From NCBI GenBank assembly GCA_946494345.1, contig CAMMBX010000001.1, forward strand, positions 1 through 51,605: a DNA stretch of 51,605 bases, in the 5' to 3' direction. Position numbers and translations under genes: made by a program. The notes under the pieces are model-generated. The model did not search any database and was not told the origin of the DNA. It was given only the letters and a program-made list of their open reading frames with translations. Position 1 is the stretch's first letter. Every line of letters begins with the position of its first letter. This document shows, one piece after another, positions 43,030 to 51,605 of the stretch. Source of the DNA: an uncultured Mycoplasmatota bacterium (GTDB lineage Bacteria; Bacillota_I; Bacilli_A; RF39; UBA660).

Positions 43030-43608
43030 ATGAAATATAATGATTATGAACTTTTAGATTTAATTTATGAAAATGATGAGATAGCATACAATATTATGTT
43101 AAAAAAATATAAACCTGTTATTTATAATAAAGCATTAGAATATTATACTTATTTAAAAGATAATGGTTATAAAGGCTTTACTTTTGATGACTTTTTACAA
43201 GAGGGTATTGTTACTTTTGATCATGCTGTTAAAAGTTATGATTCTAATAGAGGAAGCTTGTTTTACTCTTTTCTTTTGGTCTGTTTAAATTCAAACTTTA
43301 ATTTAATGTTAAGAACTTTATTTTCTATAAAGAATAGACCTTTGTTAAAATATCAAGAGTTAGAGTTTGAAGTTAAAGATTCTAATGGGATAGATCCTTA
43401 TTGTCATATAAATAATATAGACATGCACAATAAAATAAATGAGTATTTATATAGTGTTAGTTTGTTGGACTCTGCTATTATAGAACTTAGGTTAAATAAT
43501 TTTAAATATAAAGAAATTATGAAGCTATTAGATGTAAGTTCTTCTCATATTAGTAGAGTTGTAAAAAAATTTAAGGACAATTTTTTAGAAATGTATGAAG
43601 GTATTTAG
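43030..43608 (+). CDS. sigH: Sigma-70 family sigma factor, SigH-like
   Basis: Region 2 (DDFLQEGIVTFDHAVKSYD) and a region 4 HTH (YKEIMKLLDVSSSHISRVVKK). Position after rlmB as Bacillus sigH. Confidence 0.65.
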   Translation: MKYNDYELLDLIYENDEIAYNIMLKKYKPVIYNKALEYYTYLKDNGYKGFTFDDFLQEGIVTFDHAVKSYDSNRGSLFYSFLLVCLNSNFNLMLRTLFSIKNRPLLKYQELEFEVKDSNGIDPYCHINNIDMHNKINEYLYSVSLLDSAIIELRLNNFKYKEIMKLLDVSSSHISRVVKKFKDNFLEMYEGI

Positions 43609-43681
43609 TTTATAAGCTTGTAAATAAATTTAAAATGCTATAAAATTATAGTAGAGATACTAGAAAAGACGGTGATTTTCT

Positions 43682-44374
43682 ATGGGAAAGATATTTAGAA
43701 TGCCTTTTGAAAAGACATTAGATGAGTATACTAAGTCTTATCATAGTAGTGATGAGTATACACGTCTTTTTTATGTAATGGATTCTACAATGAAGTATAT
43801 TCATCTTAAAGGGTATTATATTATTAATTTTAATCCTAAAAATATAGTAGTAGGTATTACTAATAATAATGAAGATTTTGTTAATTTTAATAGTTTAGAT
43901 GTAATGGATGATGATATATCTAATAAAATTAATAATAATATATATAACTTAGCTTTTTTAGAGATAGGTCTTTTATCAGAAACGTTAGAGTACTTAAGGC
44001 CTGACTTTTTAAAGCAGAACTTTTCACAATTTAAGATATTTATACCAGAGAACTTAGTTAATTATTATCAGATGATAGTAGTTAATGGAGGACATACTTA
44101 TTTGTGTGATTATTTAGAAATTAAAAATAAACAAGAGATTACTAAACTTAATAAGGCTCTTGAAGAAGAAGGAGGGGCTAGCAAGGGTAGAAGTTATATT
44201 AAGAGTACTGGTCATTATGGTAATGATGATGATAATATTATTCCTATGAGGTTACCTAATGAAGATAATAAAGATAATATAGCAGCTTTTGTTACTAATT
44301 ATGCTTTAGCTTTTGTAGTGCTTGCTAGTAGTTTATTAATACCTATTATTGCTTTCTTATTAGGTTCTAAATAA
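43682..44374 (+). CDS. C-terminally membrane-anchored protein with a degenerate kinase-like core (putative pseudokinase)
   Basis: YIHLKGYYIINFNPKNIVV ... DFVNFNS mirrors H-x-x-G-x-x-HRDLKPxNI ... DFG, but with Asn in place of both catalytic Asp residues. C-terminal TM IAAFVTNYALAFVVLASSLLIPIIAFLL. Confidence 0.4.
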   Translation: MGKIFRMPFEKTLDEYTKSYHSSDEYTRLFYVMDSTMKYIHLKGYYIINFNPKNIVVGITNNNEDFVNFNSLDVMDDDISNKINNNIYNLAFLEIGLLSETLEYLRPDFLKQNFSQFKIFIPENLVNYYQMIVVNGGHTYLCDYLEIKNKQEITKLNKALEEEGGASKGRSYIKSTGHYGNDDDNIIPMRLPNEDNKDNIAAFVTNYALAFVVLASSLLIPIIAFLLGSK

Positions 44375-44432
44375 TAGTATAGATTGAATAAAGGTCTATA
44401 CTTTTATTATTCACTTATTATAGAAAATTTGT

Positions 44433-44461
44433 TTGACTAATTAGTATACTTATGGTATATT
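44433..44461 (+). promoter_or_regulatory. Sigma-A-like promoter upstream of uvrA
   Basis: TTGACT (44433-44438), 17-nt spacer, TATATT (44456-44461). Confidence 0.45.
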
Positions 44462-44515
44462 TTGGTAGTAGAAAAAAGTATTATTTTGTATTATAATATA
44501 TAACGTTTTAAGGAA

Positions 44516-47332
44516 GTGGTATTTGTGGATAAAATAATAGTTAAAGGTGCTAGAGAGAATAATTTAAAGAATGTTTCAATAGAATTACCTAAGAATAAAT
44601 TAATTGTAATGACTGGTGTTAGTGGTAGTGGTAAATCTTCTCTTGCTTTTGATACGATATATGCTGAAGGACAAAGAAGATATGTAGAGAGTTTATCTGC
44701 TTATGCTAGACAGTTTTTAGGGGGAACAGAAAAGCCTGATGTTGACTCTATAGAGGGACTTAGCCCTGCAATTAGTATAGACCAGAAAACGACTAGTAAG
44801 AATCCTCGTAGTACTGTTGGTACGGTTACAGAAATATATGATTATTTACGTCTTTTATTTGCAAGAGTAGGGGTTCCATATTGTCCTAATCATAATATTC
44901 CAATAACTAGTCAAAGTATTGAAGAGATGACTAATAAAATATTAGAACATGATATGGGAACTAAACTAGTTATTATGGCTCCTGTTGTTCATGGAGAGAA
45001 AGGTACTCATAAAGATTTACTTGATGATTTAAGAAAACAGGGATTTGTTAGGGTTAGAGTAAATGGAGAGATGCATGATTTAACTGAGGAGATTAATTTA
45101 GAGAAAAATAAGAAGTCTAATATTGAAGTAATTGTTGATAGAATCGTTTTGAAAGATGATATTAGAAGTAGATTATTTGAGTCTTTAGAGGTTGCGACTA
45201 AGCTTAGTAAAGGTAAAGTAGTAGTAGATTTTCTTGGCGATAAGGAAGTAGTTTATTCAGAAGATTTTGCATGTCCATATTGCGATTTTTCACTACCTGA
45301 ACTTGAGCCACGTCTATTTAGTTTTAATGCACCATATGGAGCATGTCCTGAATGTAAAGGACTTGGTATTAAGTTAAAAATAGACCCTGATTTAGTTATT
45401 CCTGATAAGAGTAAATCATTAAAAGATGGAGCGATTGTTACTCTTGGTGATGATACTGATAATATTTATTATAAAAGACTTGAGTGTATGTGTAAGCATT
45501 ATAAGATTAGTACTAGTAAACCTTTTAAGAAGTTAACAGAAAGAGAGAAGGACTTAATCCTTTATGGAAGTGATGAGTTAATTCATTTTAACTATAAATC
45601 TAAAAGTGGTAATGTTACTAATCAGACTGATTACTATGAAGGTATTATCAATAATCTAGAGCGTCGTTATATGGAAACATCAAGTAGTTGGATTAGAGAA
45701 TGGTTAGAGAAGTTTATGATTGAACAGACTTGTGAAGTTTGTGGTGGGGCTCGTTTAGCTGATAATGTGCTTTCTGTTAAAGTAGGTAAGAAAAATATTT
45801 ATGAAGTAACATGTATGAGTGTTAAAGAGCTTATTACTTTCTTTGATAAATTAAAACTTAGTGAAGAGAAGATGCAGATAGCTGACCTTATTCTTAAAGA
45901 GATTAAATCACGTTTATCTTTCTTAAAAAATGTAGGACTTGAATATTTAACTCTTGCAAGAAGTGCGGGAACATTAAGTGGTGGAGAAGCACAACGTATT
46001 AGACTAGCAACACAAATAGGTTCTCGTTTAACAGGAGTACTTTATGTTCTTGATGAACCTAGTATAGGACTTCATCAAAGAGATAATGATAGACTTATTA
46101 ATTCTTTACTTGAAATGAGAGATTTAGGTAATACTTTAATAGTTGTAGAACATGATACTGATACAATGCTTGCTGCTGATTACCTTGTTGATGTTGGTCC
46201 TGAAGCAGGAGATAGGGGTGGAAAGATTGTGGCAGCAGGTACACCTGATGAAGTAATGAAGTGTGATGAGAGTATTACAGGACGTTATTTAAGTGGAAAA
46301 GAAAGTATTCTTGTACCTAAAACAAGAAGAAAAGGTACTGGTAAGTTTATAACTATTAAAGGTGCTAAGGAGAATAATTTAAAAAATATAGATGTTAAAA
46401 TTCCGCTTGGAACATTCACCCTAGTAACTGGTGTTAGTGGTAGTGGTAAGAGTAGTTTAATTAATGAGATACTTGTTAAAGCGGCTTCTAGTACTTTATA
46501 TAAATCTAAAGTTAAGCCTGGTAAACATGATAAAATATTAGGACTTAATAATATTGATAAACTTGTTGATATATCACAGTCACCTATTGGAAGAACTCCT
46601 AGAAGTAACCCTGCAACATATACAGGGGTATTTGATGATATTAGAGAGCTTTTTACTAATACTAAAGAAGCGAAGATGTATGGCTTTGAGAAAAATAGAT
46701 TTTCCTTTAATGTAAAAGGTGGTAGATGTGAAGCTTGTAGAGGAGATGGAGTTAAGAAAATAGAGATGCATTTCTTGCCAGATGTTTATGTTCCTTGTGA
46801 AGTTTGTCATGGTACAAGGTATAATAGAGAGACTTTAAACATTTACTATAAAGAGAAGAACATTGCAGATGTCTTAGATATGCGAGTTAGTGAGGCTTTA
46901 GAGTTCTTTAGTAATGTTCCTAAAATAAAAAATAAACTTCAAGTACTTGAAGATGTAGGACTAGGATACATTAAATTAGGACAAAGTGCCCCAACGTTAA
47001 GTGGAGGGGAAGCAGAGAGAGTTAAACTTGCTAAAGAGTTACAGAAAAAGCCAACTGGAAAAACCTTATACGTTTTAGATGAACCAACAACAGGATTACA
47101 TTCTGCAGATATTAAGAAGCTACTTGCAATTTTACAGAAAATAGTTGATAATAAAGATACAGTGCTTGTTATTGAACACAATTTAGATGTTATTAAATGC
47201 GCTGATTATATTATTGATTTAGGTCCAGAAGGAGGAGATGGTGGAGGTAGTGTAGTTGCTACTGGTACACCAGAAGATATTAGTAAAGTTAAAGAATCTT
47301 ATACAGGACAATTCTTAAAGAAAATGTTATAA
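44516..47332 (+). CDS. uvrA: Excinuclease ABC subunit UvrA
   Basis: Two ABC modules (GVSGSGKSS twice; LSGGEAQR and LSGGEAER). Zinc fingers CPYC..CPEC and CEAC..CEVC. Likely start is GTG 44525 (AAGGAAG 9 nt upstream). Confidence 0.95.
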   Translation: MVFVDKIIVKGARENNLKNVSIELPKNKLIVMTGVSGSGKSSLAFDTIYAEGQRRYVESLSAYARQFLGGTEKPDVDSIEGLSPAISIDQKTTSKNPRSTVGTVTEIYDYLRLLFARVGVPYCPNHNIPITSQSIEEMTNKILEHDMGTKLVIMAPVVHGEKGTHKDLLDDLRKQGFVRVRVNGEMHDLTEEINLEKNKKSNIEVIVDRIVLKDDIRSRLFESLEVATKLSKGKVVVDFLGDKEVVYSEDFACPYCDFSLPELEPRLFSFNAPYGACPECKGLGIKLKIDPDLVIPDKSKSLKDGAIVTLGDDTDNIYYKRLECMCKHYKISTSKPFKKLTEREKDLILYGSDELIHFNYKSKSGNVTNQTDYYEGIINNLERRYMETSSSWIREWLEKFMIEQTCEVCGGARLADNVLSVKVGKKNIYEVTCMSVKELITFFDKLKLSEEKMQIADLILKEIKSRLSFLKNVGLEYLTLARSAGTLSGGEAQRIRLATQIGSRLTGVLYVLDEPSIGLHQRDNDRLINSLLEMRDLGNTLIVVEHDTDTMLAADYLVDVGPEAGDRGGKIVAAGTPDEVMKCDESITGRYLSGKESILVPKTRRKGTGKFITIKGAKENNLKNIDVKIPLGTFTLVTGVSGSGKSSLINEILVKAASSTLYKSKVKPGKHDKILGLNNIDKLVDISQSPIGRTPRSNPATYTGVFDDIRELFTNTKEAKMYGFEKNRFSFNVKGGRCEACRGDGVKKIEMHFLPDVYVPCEVCHGTRYNRETLNIYYKEKNIADVLDMRVSEALEFFSNVPKIKNKLQVLEDVGLGYIKLGQSAPTLSGGEAERVKLAKELQKKPTGKTLYVLDEPTTGLHSADIKKLLAILQKIVDNKDTVLVIEHNLDVIKCADYIIDLGPEGGDGGGSVVATGTPEDISKVKESYTGQFLKKML

Positions 47333-47348
47333 AATATAGGAGGAGACT

Positions 47349-47777
47349 ATGAAAATAATTGTAGCGACAAAAGAAAAAATCAGATTAAATAGATTTTTAG
47401 AATGGCTTTTGTATTTTGCTAGTTATTCTTTAGTCTTCTTTTTAGTGTCTAAAATTTTTAAATCATTTTATATAGATCCTGCTCATCCTCTTCTTTTTTC
47501 AATACTTGCTTCTTTTATAATTTATGTGCTTAATAAAACTGTTAAACCAATTCTTGTTAGATTAACTATACCAGTAACAGCTTTAACACTTGGTCTTTTT
47601 TATCCTTTTATTAATCTATTTATTTTAAAATTAACTGACTGGATACTTGGTAAATATTTTAATCTTTTGGATATATGGGTTGCTCTTGCTATATCAATAT
47701 TAATTTCTGTAGCTAATATTTTAATAGAAGAGTTTGTAATTAAACCACTTATAAGAAGGGTTAAGAATCATGGATAG
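47349..47777 (+). CDS. DUF360 / phage-holin-4 superfamily membrane protein (YvlD-like)
   Basis: 142 aa with four TM segments. Position near uvrA/lgt as the Bacillus yvl genes. Confidence 0.5.
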   Translation: MKIIVATKEKIRLNRFLEWLLYFASYSLVFFLVSKIFKSFYIDPAHPLLFSILASFIIYVLNKTVKPILVRLTIPVTALTLGLFYPFINLFILKLTDWILGKYFNLLDIWVALAISILISVANILIEEFVIKPLIRRVKNHG

Positions 47778-48564
47778 GGTACTTTTAGACTTAGGGTTTA
47801 TTAAAATTTATTATTACTCTATCTTTATTTTTTTAGGTGTGATTGTAGGAGGAATTTGTGTTTTTCTAGAACTTAGAAAAAATAAAGTAAATAAAGATGA
47901 TATTATCGATATGGTCTTTTATACAATTATTTTTGCTTTTATAGGGGCAAGGGTTTATTATGTGTTGTTTAATTTATCATATTACTTGTCTAATCCTATA
48001 GAGATACTCTATATATGGCATGGTGGTCTTGCTATTCATGGAGGGATACTCGGTGGACTTTTATATCTTTGGTATTATAGTAGGAAACATAAATTAAATC
48101 TTTTAAAACTTTTGGATATACTAGTAGTAGGTCTTATTATAGGACAAGCGATAGGTAGATGGGGTAACTTCTTTAATAGTGAAGCTTATGGATATGTTAC
48201 ATCATATGGTTATTTAAAGAGCTTATATATACCAGAATTTATTATTAGAGGTATGTATATTAATGGTGATTATTATATGCCAACATTCTTCTTTGAGTCA
48301 TGTTGGAATGTAATTGGCTTTATAATTCTTTTAGTAATTAGAAAGTTTTATAAGAACTTAAAGACAGGACAGTTGATGGGATTTTATATGATGTGGTATT
48401 CATTCATTAGATTTATAATAGAAGGGATGAGACTAGATAGTTTAATGTTAGGACCTATTAGAGTGGCTCAACTTGTATCGGTTGTCTTGTTTATCGTAGG
48501 AGTTTACTTTGTCTTTATTAGAAGAAATAAGAAGTTATATAGAGAGGATGTGCTTTATGAATAA
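47770..48564 (+). CDS. lgt: Phosphatidylglycerol--prolipoprotein diacylglyceryl transferase
   Basis: GGLAIHGG and GRWGNFFNSEAYG signature motifs in a multi-TM protein. Confidence 0.95.
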   Translation: MDRVLLDLGFIKIYYYSIFIFLGVIVGGICVFLELRKNKVNKDDIIDMVFYTIIFAFIGARVYYVLFNLSYYLSNPIEILYIWHGGLAIHGGILGGLLYLWYYSRKHKLNLLKLLDILVVGLIIGQAIGRWGNFFNSEAYGYVTSYGYLKSLYIPEFIIRGMYINGDYYMPTFFFESCWNVIGFIILLVIRKFYKNLKTGQLMGFYMMWYSFIRFIIEGMRLDSLMLGPIRVAQLVSVVLFIVGVYFVFIRRNKKLYREDVLYE

Positions 48565-49435
48565 TAAATATAGAGTAGTAATTGTAGGCTGTGGGGTAGC
48601 AGGAATGACTGCAGCTTTATACTTAAATAGAGCAGGTATTGATTGTATTATTTTAGAGAAGTCTATGCCGGGAGGACAGATAGTTGATAATGGAAATATT
48701 ATGAACTTTCCTTCATATGAATCTATCAGTGGGAGTGATTTAGCTTTAAAGATGTTAAAACAGATTACTAATTTAGGTGTTCCTGTAAAATATGAAGAAG
48801 TTAAGGATATAAAGATAGATAAAGAGAAAAAGGTTATTACTAGTAAGGGTGAGTATAACTGTGATTATGTAATAATTGCTACTGGTCGTAAGCCTAAATT
48901 ACTTGGTGTTAAAGGTGAAGATGAACTTAGGACTAAAGGAATAAGTTATTGTGCTGTTTGTGATGGGGCTTTATATAAAAATAAAGATGTAGTTGTTGTG
49001 GGAGCTTCTGATGCAGCCTTTGAAGGAGCGATATACTTAAGTAAATTAGCATCAACTGTTACTGTTTTATATCGTAATGAATTTAGAGCGAAAGCTTATT
49101 TGCAAGATATGGTTAAAAAAATAGATAATATTTCTTTTGTTAGAGGAGAAGTAGATAGTTTTTCTAAAAATGATAAAATTACTATTAAGACAAAAGAAGG
49201 TAATGATATAATTACTGATGGAGTATTCATATACATAGGACAAATTCCTAATGCTAACTTTTTATCATCTTTAAATATTTTAGATGATAAAGGTTATGTT
49301 AAGACTGATGATAATTTAATGAGTTCTATAGATGGAGTTTATGCTGTAGGTGATGCTTTAAACAAGTATGACTATCAAATAGTTATTGCCATGGGGGAAG
49401 CAGCTAAAGTTGCTTTAGAAATATCAAGGAGATGA
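48557..49435 (+). CDS. trxB: Thioredoxin-reductase-like flavoprotein lacking canonical NADPH motifs
   Basis: FAD motif VIVGCGVAGMTAA, redox CAVCDG, C-terminal GVYAVGD. The NADPH motifs read GASDAA (expected GGGxxA) and YRNEFR (expected HRRxxxR). ATG 48557 follows GAGAGG; the track opens at 48509, inside lgt. Confidence 0.8.
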   Translation: MNNKYRVVIVGCGVAGMTAALYLNRAGIDCIILEKSMPGGQIVDNGNIMNFPSYESISGSDLALKMLKQITNLGVPVKYEEVKDIKIDKEKKVITSKGEYNCDYVIIATGRKPKLLGVKGEDELRTKGISYCAVCDGALYKNKDVVVVGASDAAFEGAIYLSKLASTVTVLYRNEFRAKAYLQDMVKKIDNISFVRGEVDSFSKNDKITIKTKEGNDIITDGVFIYIGQIPNANFLSSLNILDDKGYVKTDDNLMSSIDGVYAVGDALNKYDYQIVIAMGEAAKVALEISRR

Positions 49436-49441
49436 GTTGAT

Positions 49442-50395
49442 GTGGATAATAAAAAGATTGTAGTTTTTGGAGGGGGAACAGGGCTTTCTTATTTACTTAA
49501 AGGTCTTAAAGATTTTCCTCTTGATATAACTGCTGTTATTACAGTATCAGATGATGGAAGAAGTACTGGTAAATTAAGAGAAGAATTTCATGCTCCGGCA
49601 GTAGGAGATATTAGAAAAGTGCTTAGTAGTTTATCTTCTACAAGTCAAAATATTAAAGATATGTTAGAGTATCGTTTTAATACGACAAGTGATTTAGATG
49701 GTCATGCTTTAGGAAATTTAATACTTATATCTCTTTTAAATATTACTGGTAGTTTAAAAGAATCCATAAATGAACTATGTACCCTTTTAGATATTAAAAA
49801 TAAAGTGTTGCCATTAACAGAAGATGCTAGTGTTACGCTTATGGCAGAAATGACTGATGGTGATGTTATTGAAGGAGAAGCTTCTATTACTAAAAGTAAT
49901 AAAAAAGTAAAGAGACTATTTTATAAAGAGCAGCCTAAGGTGCTAGATGAAGTTAAAAATGCTATTAAGAATGCTGATTTAATCATTTTTAGTATGGGTA
50001 GCCTTTATACTAGTTTACTTCCTCATCTTATTTCTAAAGAGGTTATAGAATGCTTAGATAAGACAAATGCTCCTATTTTGTATTTGTGTAATATTGTTAC
50101 TCAACCTGGGGAGACGGATGACTTTACTGTTAGTGATCATATTAAACTTATTAATAATTATTTAGGTAAACATAAGCTTGATGTGGTAATAGCATCAAAC
50201 TCTAAAATTAATGAAGATATGGCTTTAAAGTATGCTACAGAGGAACAGAAAGATCCAGTTAAAATAGATTATGCTGTTTTATCTACTTTAGATACAGAAT
50301 TTATTGAAGCAGATCTCTTAACTATTGCAGATGGAACACTTAAACATCATAGTCAGCGACTTAGCTCTTTAATATTTTCATACTTGATGAAATAG
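49442..50395 (+). CDS. yvcK: Gluconeogenesis factor YvcK (CofD-like, UPF0052)
   Basis: IVVFGGGTGLS, SDDGRSTG, and GSLYTSLLP motifs. GTG start. Confidence 0.9.
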   Translation: MDNKKIVVFGGGTGLSYLLKGLKDFPLDITAVITVSDDGRSTGKLREEFHAPAVGDIRKVLSSLSSTSQNIKDMLEYRFNTTSDLDGHALGNLILISLLNITGSLKESINELCTLLDIKNKVLPLTEDASVTLMAEMTDGDVIEGEASITKSNKKVKRLFYKEQPKVLDEVKNAIKNADLIIFSMGSLYTSLLPHLISKEVIECLDKTNAPILYLCNIVTQPGETDDFTVSDHIKLINNYLGKHKLDVVIASNSKINEDMALKYATEEQKDPVKIDYAVLSTLDTEFIEADLLTIADGTLKHHSQRLSSLIFSYLMK

Positions 50396-50405
50396 GGGGT
50401 GTCTT

Positions 50406-51329
50406 ATGTCTTTTACAGGTACTGTTAAAAATGAAATAACAACATTAAAACTAACAGCGACTGCTAAAGTAGCCTTGCTTTCAGGTTTTTTTCGTAATAA
50501 TTATCAAATTATAAATAACTATATTACTATTAGTAGTGAGAATGATGCTGTTATAGCATACTTAAAAGAATTACTTGATAGTTATGAAGAGATATCTTAT
50601 CAAGAAGAACTTTTAGATAATAATAATTTTAGTAAAAATAAACTTAAAGCTTTAATAATTACTAAAGGGAATGATTTTATTAAAGAGACTTTTTGTATTG
50701 AAGATTATATTGTTCCTAACTATATAGTAGAGTTAGATGATGAAATTAGAGGATACTTAAGAGGAGTTTTCTTAAGTAGTGGGAGTATTAATGATCCCAA
50801 GACTAGTAGATATCATTTAGAGTTTTTAATAGAAAAGGGTGAGGAAGCTGTCTTTGTTCAGAAGCTACTTAATAATTATTCTTTAAATGTTAAACTATTA
50901 AGTCGTGATAAAGGGTTTATGTTATATGTTAAAGAAGCGGAAAAGATTAGTGACTTCTTAAAGATAGTTGGAGCTAGTAAAGCGGTACTATACTATGAAG
51001 AAATACGTGTATATAGAGATACTAAAAATAAGACTAATCGTCTTAATAATTGTGAACAAGCTAATATGGATAGAGTTTTAGAGACAGCGATGGAACAATT
51101 AAAATATATTAGAATACTTGAAGATAATTTGGCAATTGAATTGCTTGATGATAAGACTAAAGAAGCTTTAGAATACCGTAAGAAATATCAGGAAGCATCT
51201 TTAAAAGAACTTAGTGAAATTATAAGCTTAGAAACTGGTAAAAAGATTACAAAGTCAGGGCTTAATCATAGATTTAGGAAAATTAAGGAGTTAGCACTTA
51301 AATTTTCGAATAATAAAACTAGTCGGTAA
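50406..51329 (+). CDS. whiA: DNA-binding sporulation/cell-division regulator WhiA
   Basis: Degenerate LAGLIDADG-type domains (IRGYLRGVFLSSGSINDP) and a C-terminal HTH (KSGLNHRFRKIKELA). Follows yvcK. Confidence 0.9.
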   Translation: MSFTGTVKNEITTLKLTATAKVALLSGFFRNNYQIINNYITISSENDAVIAYLKELLDSYEEISYQEELLDNNNFSKNKLKALIITKGNDFIKETFCIEDYIVPNYIVELDDEIRGYLRGVFLSSGSINDPKTSRYHLEFLIEKGEEAVFVQKLLNNYSLNVKLLSRDKGFMLYVKEAEKISDFLKIVGASKAVLYYEEIRVYRDTKNKTNRLNNCEQANMDRVLETAMEQLKYIRILEDNLAIELLDDKTKEALEYRKKYQEASLKELSEIISLETGKKITKSGLNHRFRKIKELALKFSNNKTSR

Positions 51330-51341
51330 TGACTAGTTTTT
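51316..51341 (+). terminator. Rho-independent terminator of whiA
   Basis: aaactagtc / gactagttt stem; the loop contains the stop codon. Followed by a T-run. Confidence 0.7.
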
Positions 51342-51401
51342 ATGCCCCCTATTATCAATATTATTTGTTAATAAGCACAACTTTTATAACTTTTTCTCAT
51401 T

Positions 51402-51605
51402 TTTAAATAAGATTTGCTATTTGCTTTTCAGAAAGTCCTGTTGCTTTTATTATATCTTTTATTGGTATACCTATTTCAAGAAGATTCTTAGCAATAGATT
51501 TTTTCTCATTACTAGCACCCTTCTTAATACCCTTTTTCTCTCCTTCATTTTCTCCTTCTTCTTTAACACTATTAATCATTTTTTCAAAGTCCTCTGCAGC
51601 ATCAT
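51402..51605 (-). CDS. 3' end of an Rpn-family / TIGR01784-type PD-(D/E)XK recombination-promoting nuclease (truncated by the window edge)
   Basis: The minus-strand translation ends ..GEKKGIKKGASNEKKSIAKNLLEIGIPIKDIIKATGLSEKQIANLI*. This is the characteristic C-terminal repeat plus HTH-like tail of this family. Confidence 0.45.

Noticed and set aside
44422-44435. agaaaatttgtttg upstream of uvrA as a LexA/DinR box (CGAAC-n4-GTTCG)
   Set aside because: It has three mismatches in the ten specified positions, which is not distinguishable from background in AT-rich DNA.
46580-47181. Minus-strand ORFs 46580-46810 and 46939-47181 inside uvrA
   Set aside because: They are antisense shadows of a well-supported CDS.

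Overview
Strongly AT-rich (not computed) chromosomal segment of the low-GC Firmicutes type. Every credible gene (about 60 CDS) is on the + strand, except a truncated gene at the right edge. Gene content follows blocks of the origin-proximal Bacillus/Clostridia backbone: dnaX-ybaB-recR-bofA, holB-ricT(yaaT)-yabB-rsmI, pth-mfd, spoVT, T-box-metG, tatD-yabE-like, ksgA-yabG-veg, spoVG, yabP-yabQ-divIC, tilS-ftsH, dus-lysS, clpC, cysS-mrnC-rlmB-sigH, uvrA, yvlD-like, lgt, trxB-like, yvcK-whiA. The presence of bofA, spoVT, yabG, spoVG, yabP, yabQ and sigH points to an endospore-former lineage with a pared-down arrangement. The taxon cannot be assigned from sequence alone (Erysipelotrichia/Clostridia-like). 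The main accessory patch lies at 15.4-20.8 kb, between the 3D-domain yabE-like gene and ksgA. It holds four tandem paralogs of a ~200-aa secreted protein, each with its own promoter and terminator, carrying TasA/camelysin-type SipW-dependent signal peptides. They are followed by a tightly coupled operon: a SipW-type (ER/archaeal-type) signal peptidase I, a fifth divergent family member and two membrane proteins. I interpret this as a putative extracellular fibre/matrix assembly system of a subunit subfamily I do not recognise. Other accessory items: (1) an orphan PD-(D/E)XK-like gene, a frameshifted mscL and a candidate type I toxin-like 32-codon ORF with a convergent small RNA (27.5-28.8 kb); (2) an AAA_14/DUF4143 ATPase plus an orphan 243-aa ORF, flanked by 23-bp and 12-bp tandem repeats (37.4-39.7 kb); (3) two kinase-fold orphans, one apparently a pseudokinase; (4) a TrxB-like reductase lacking the NADPH motifs; (5) FtsH with a Rho_N/SAP-like tail. 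I recognised no rRNA, tRNA, CRISPR array, transposase or integrase. All calls rest on by-eye motif recognition and remembered family sequences. No database search was run.
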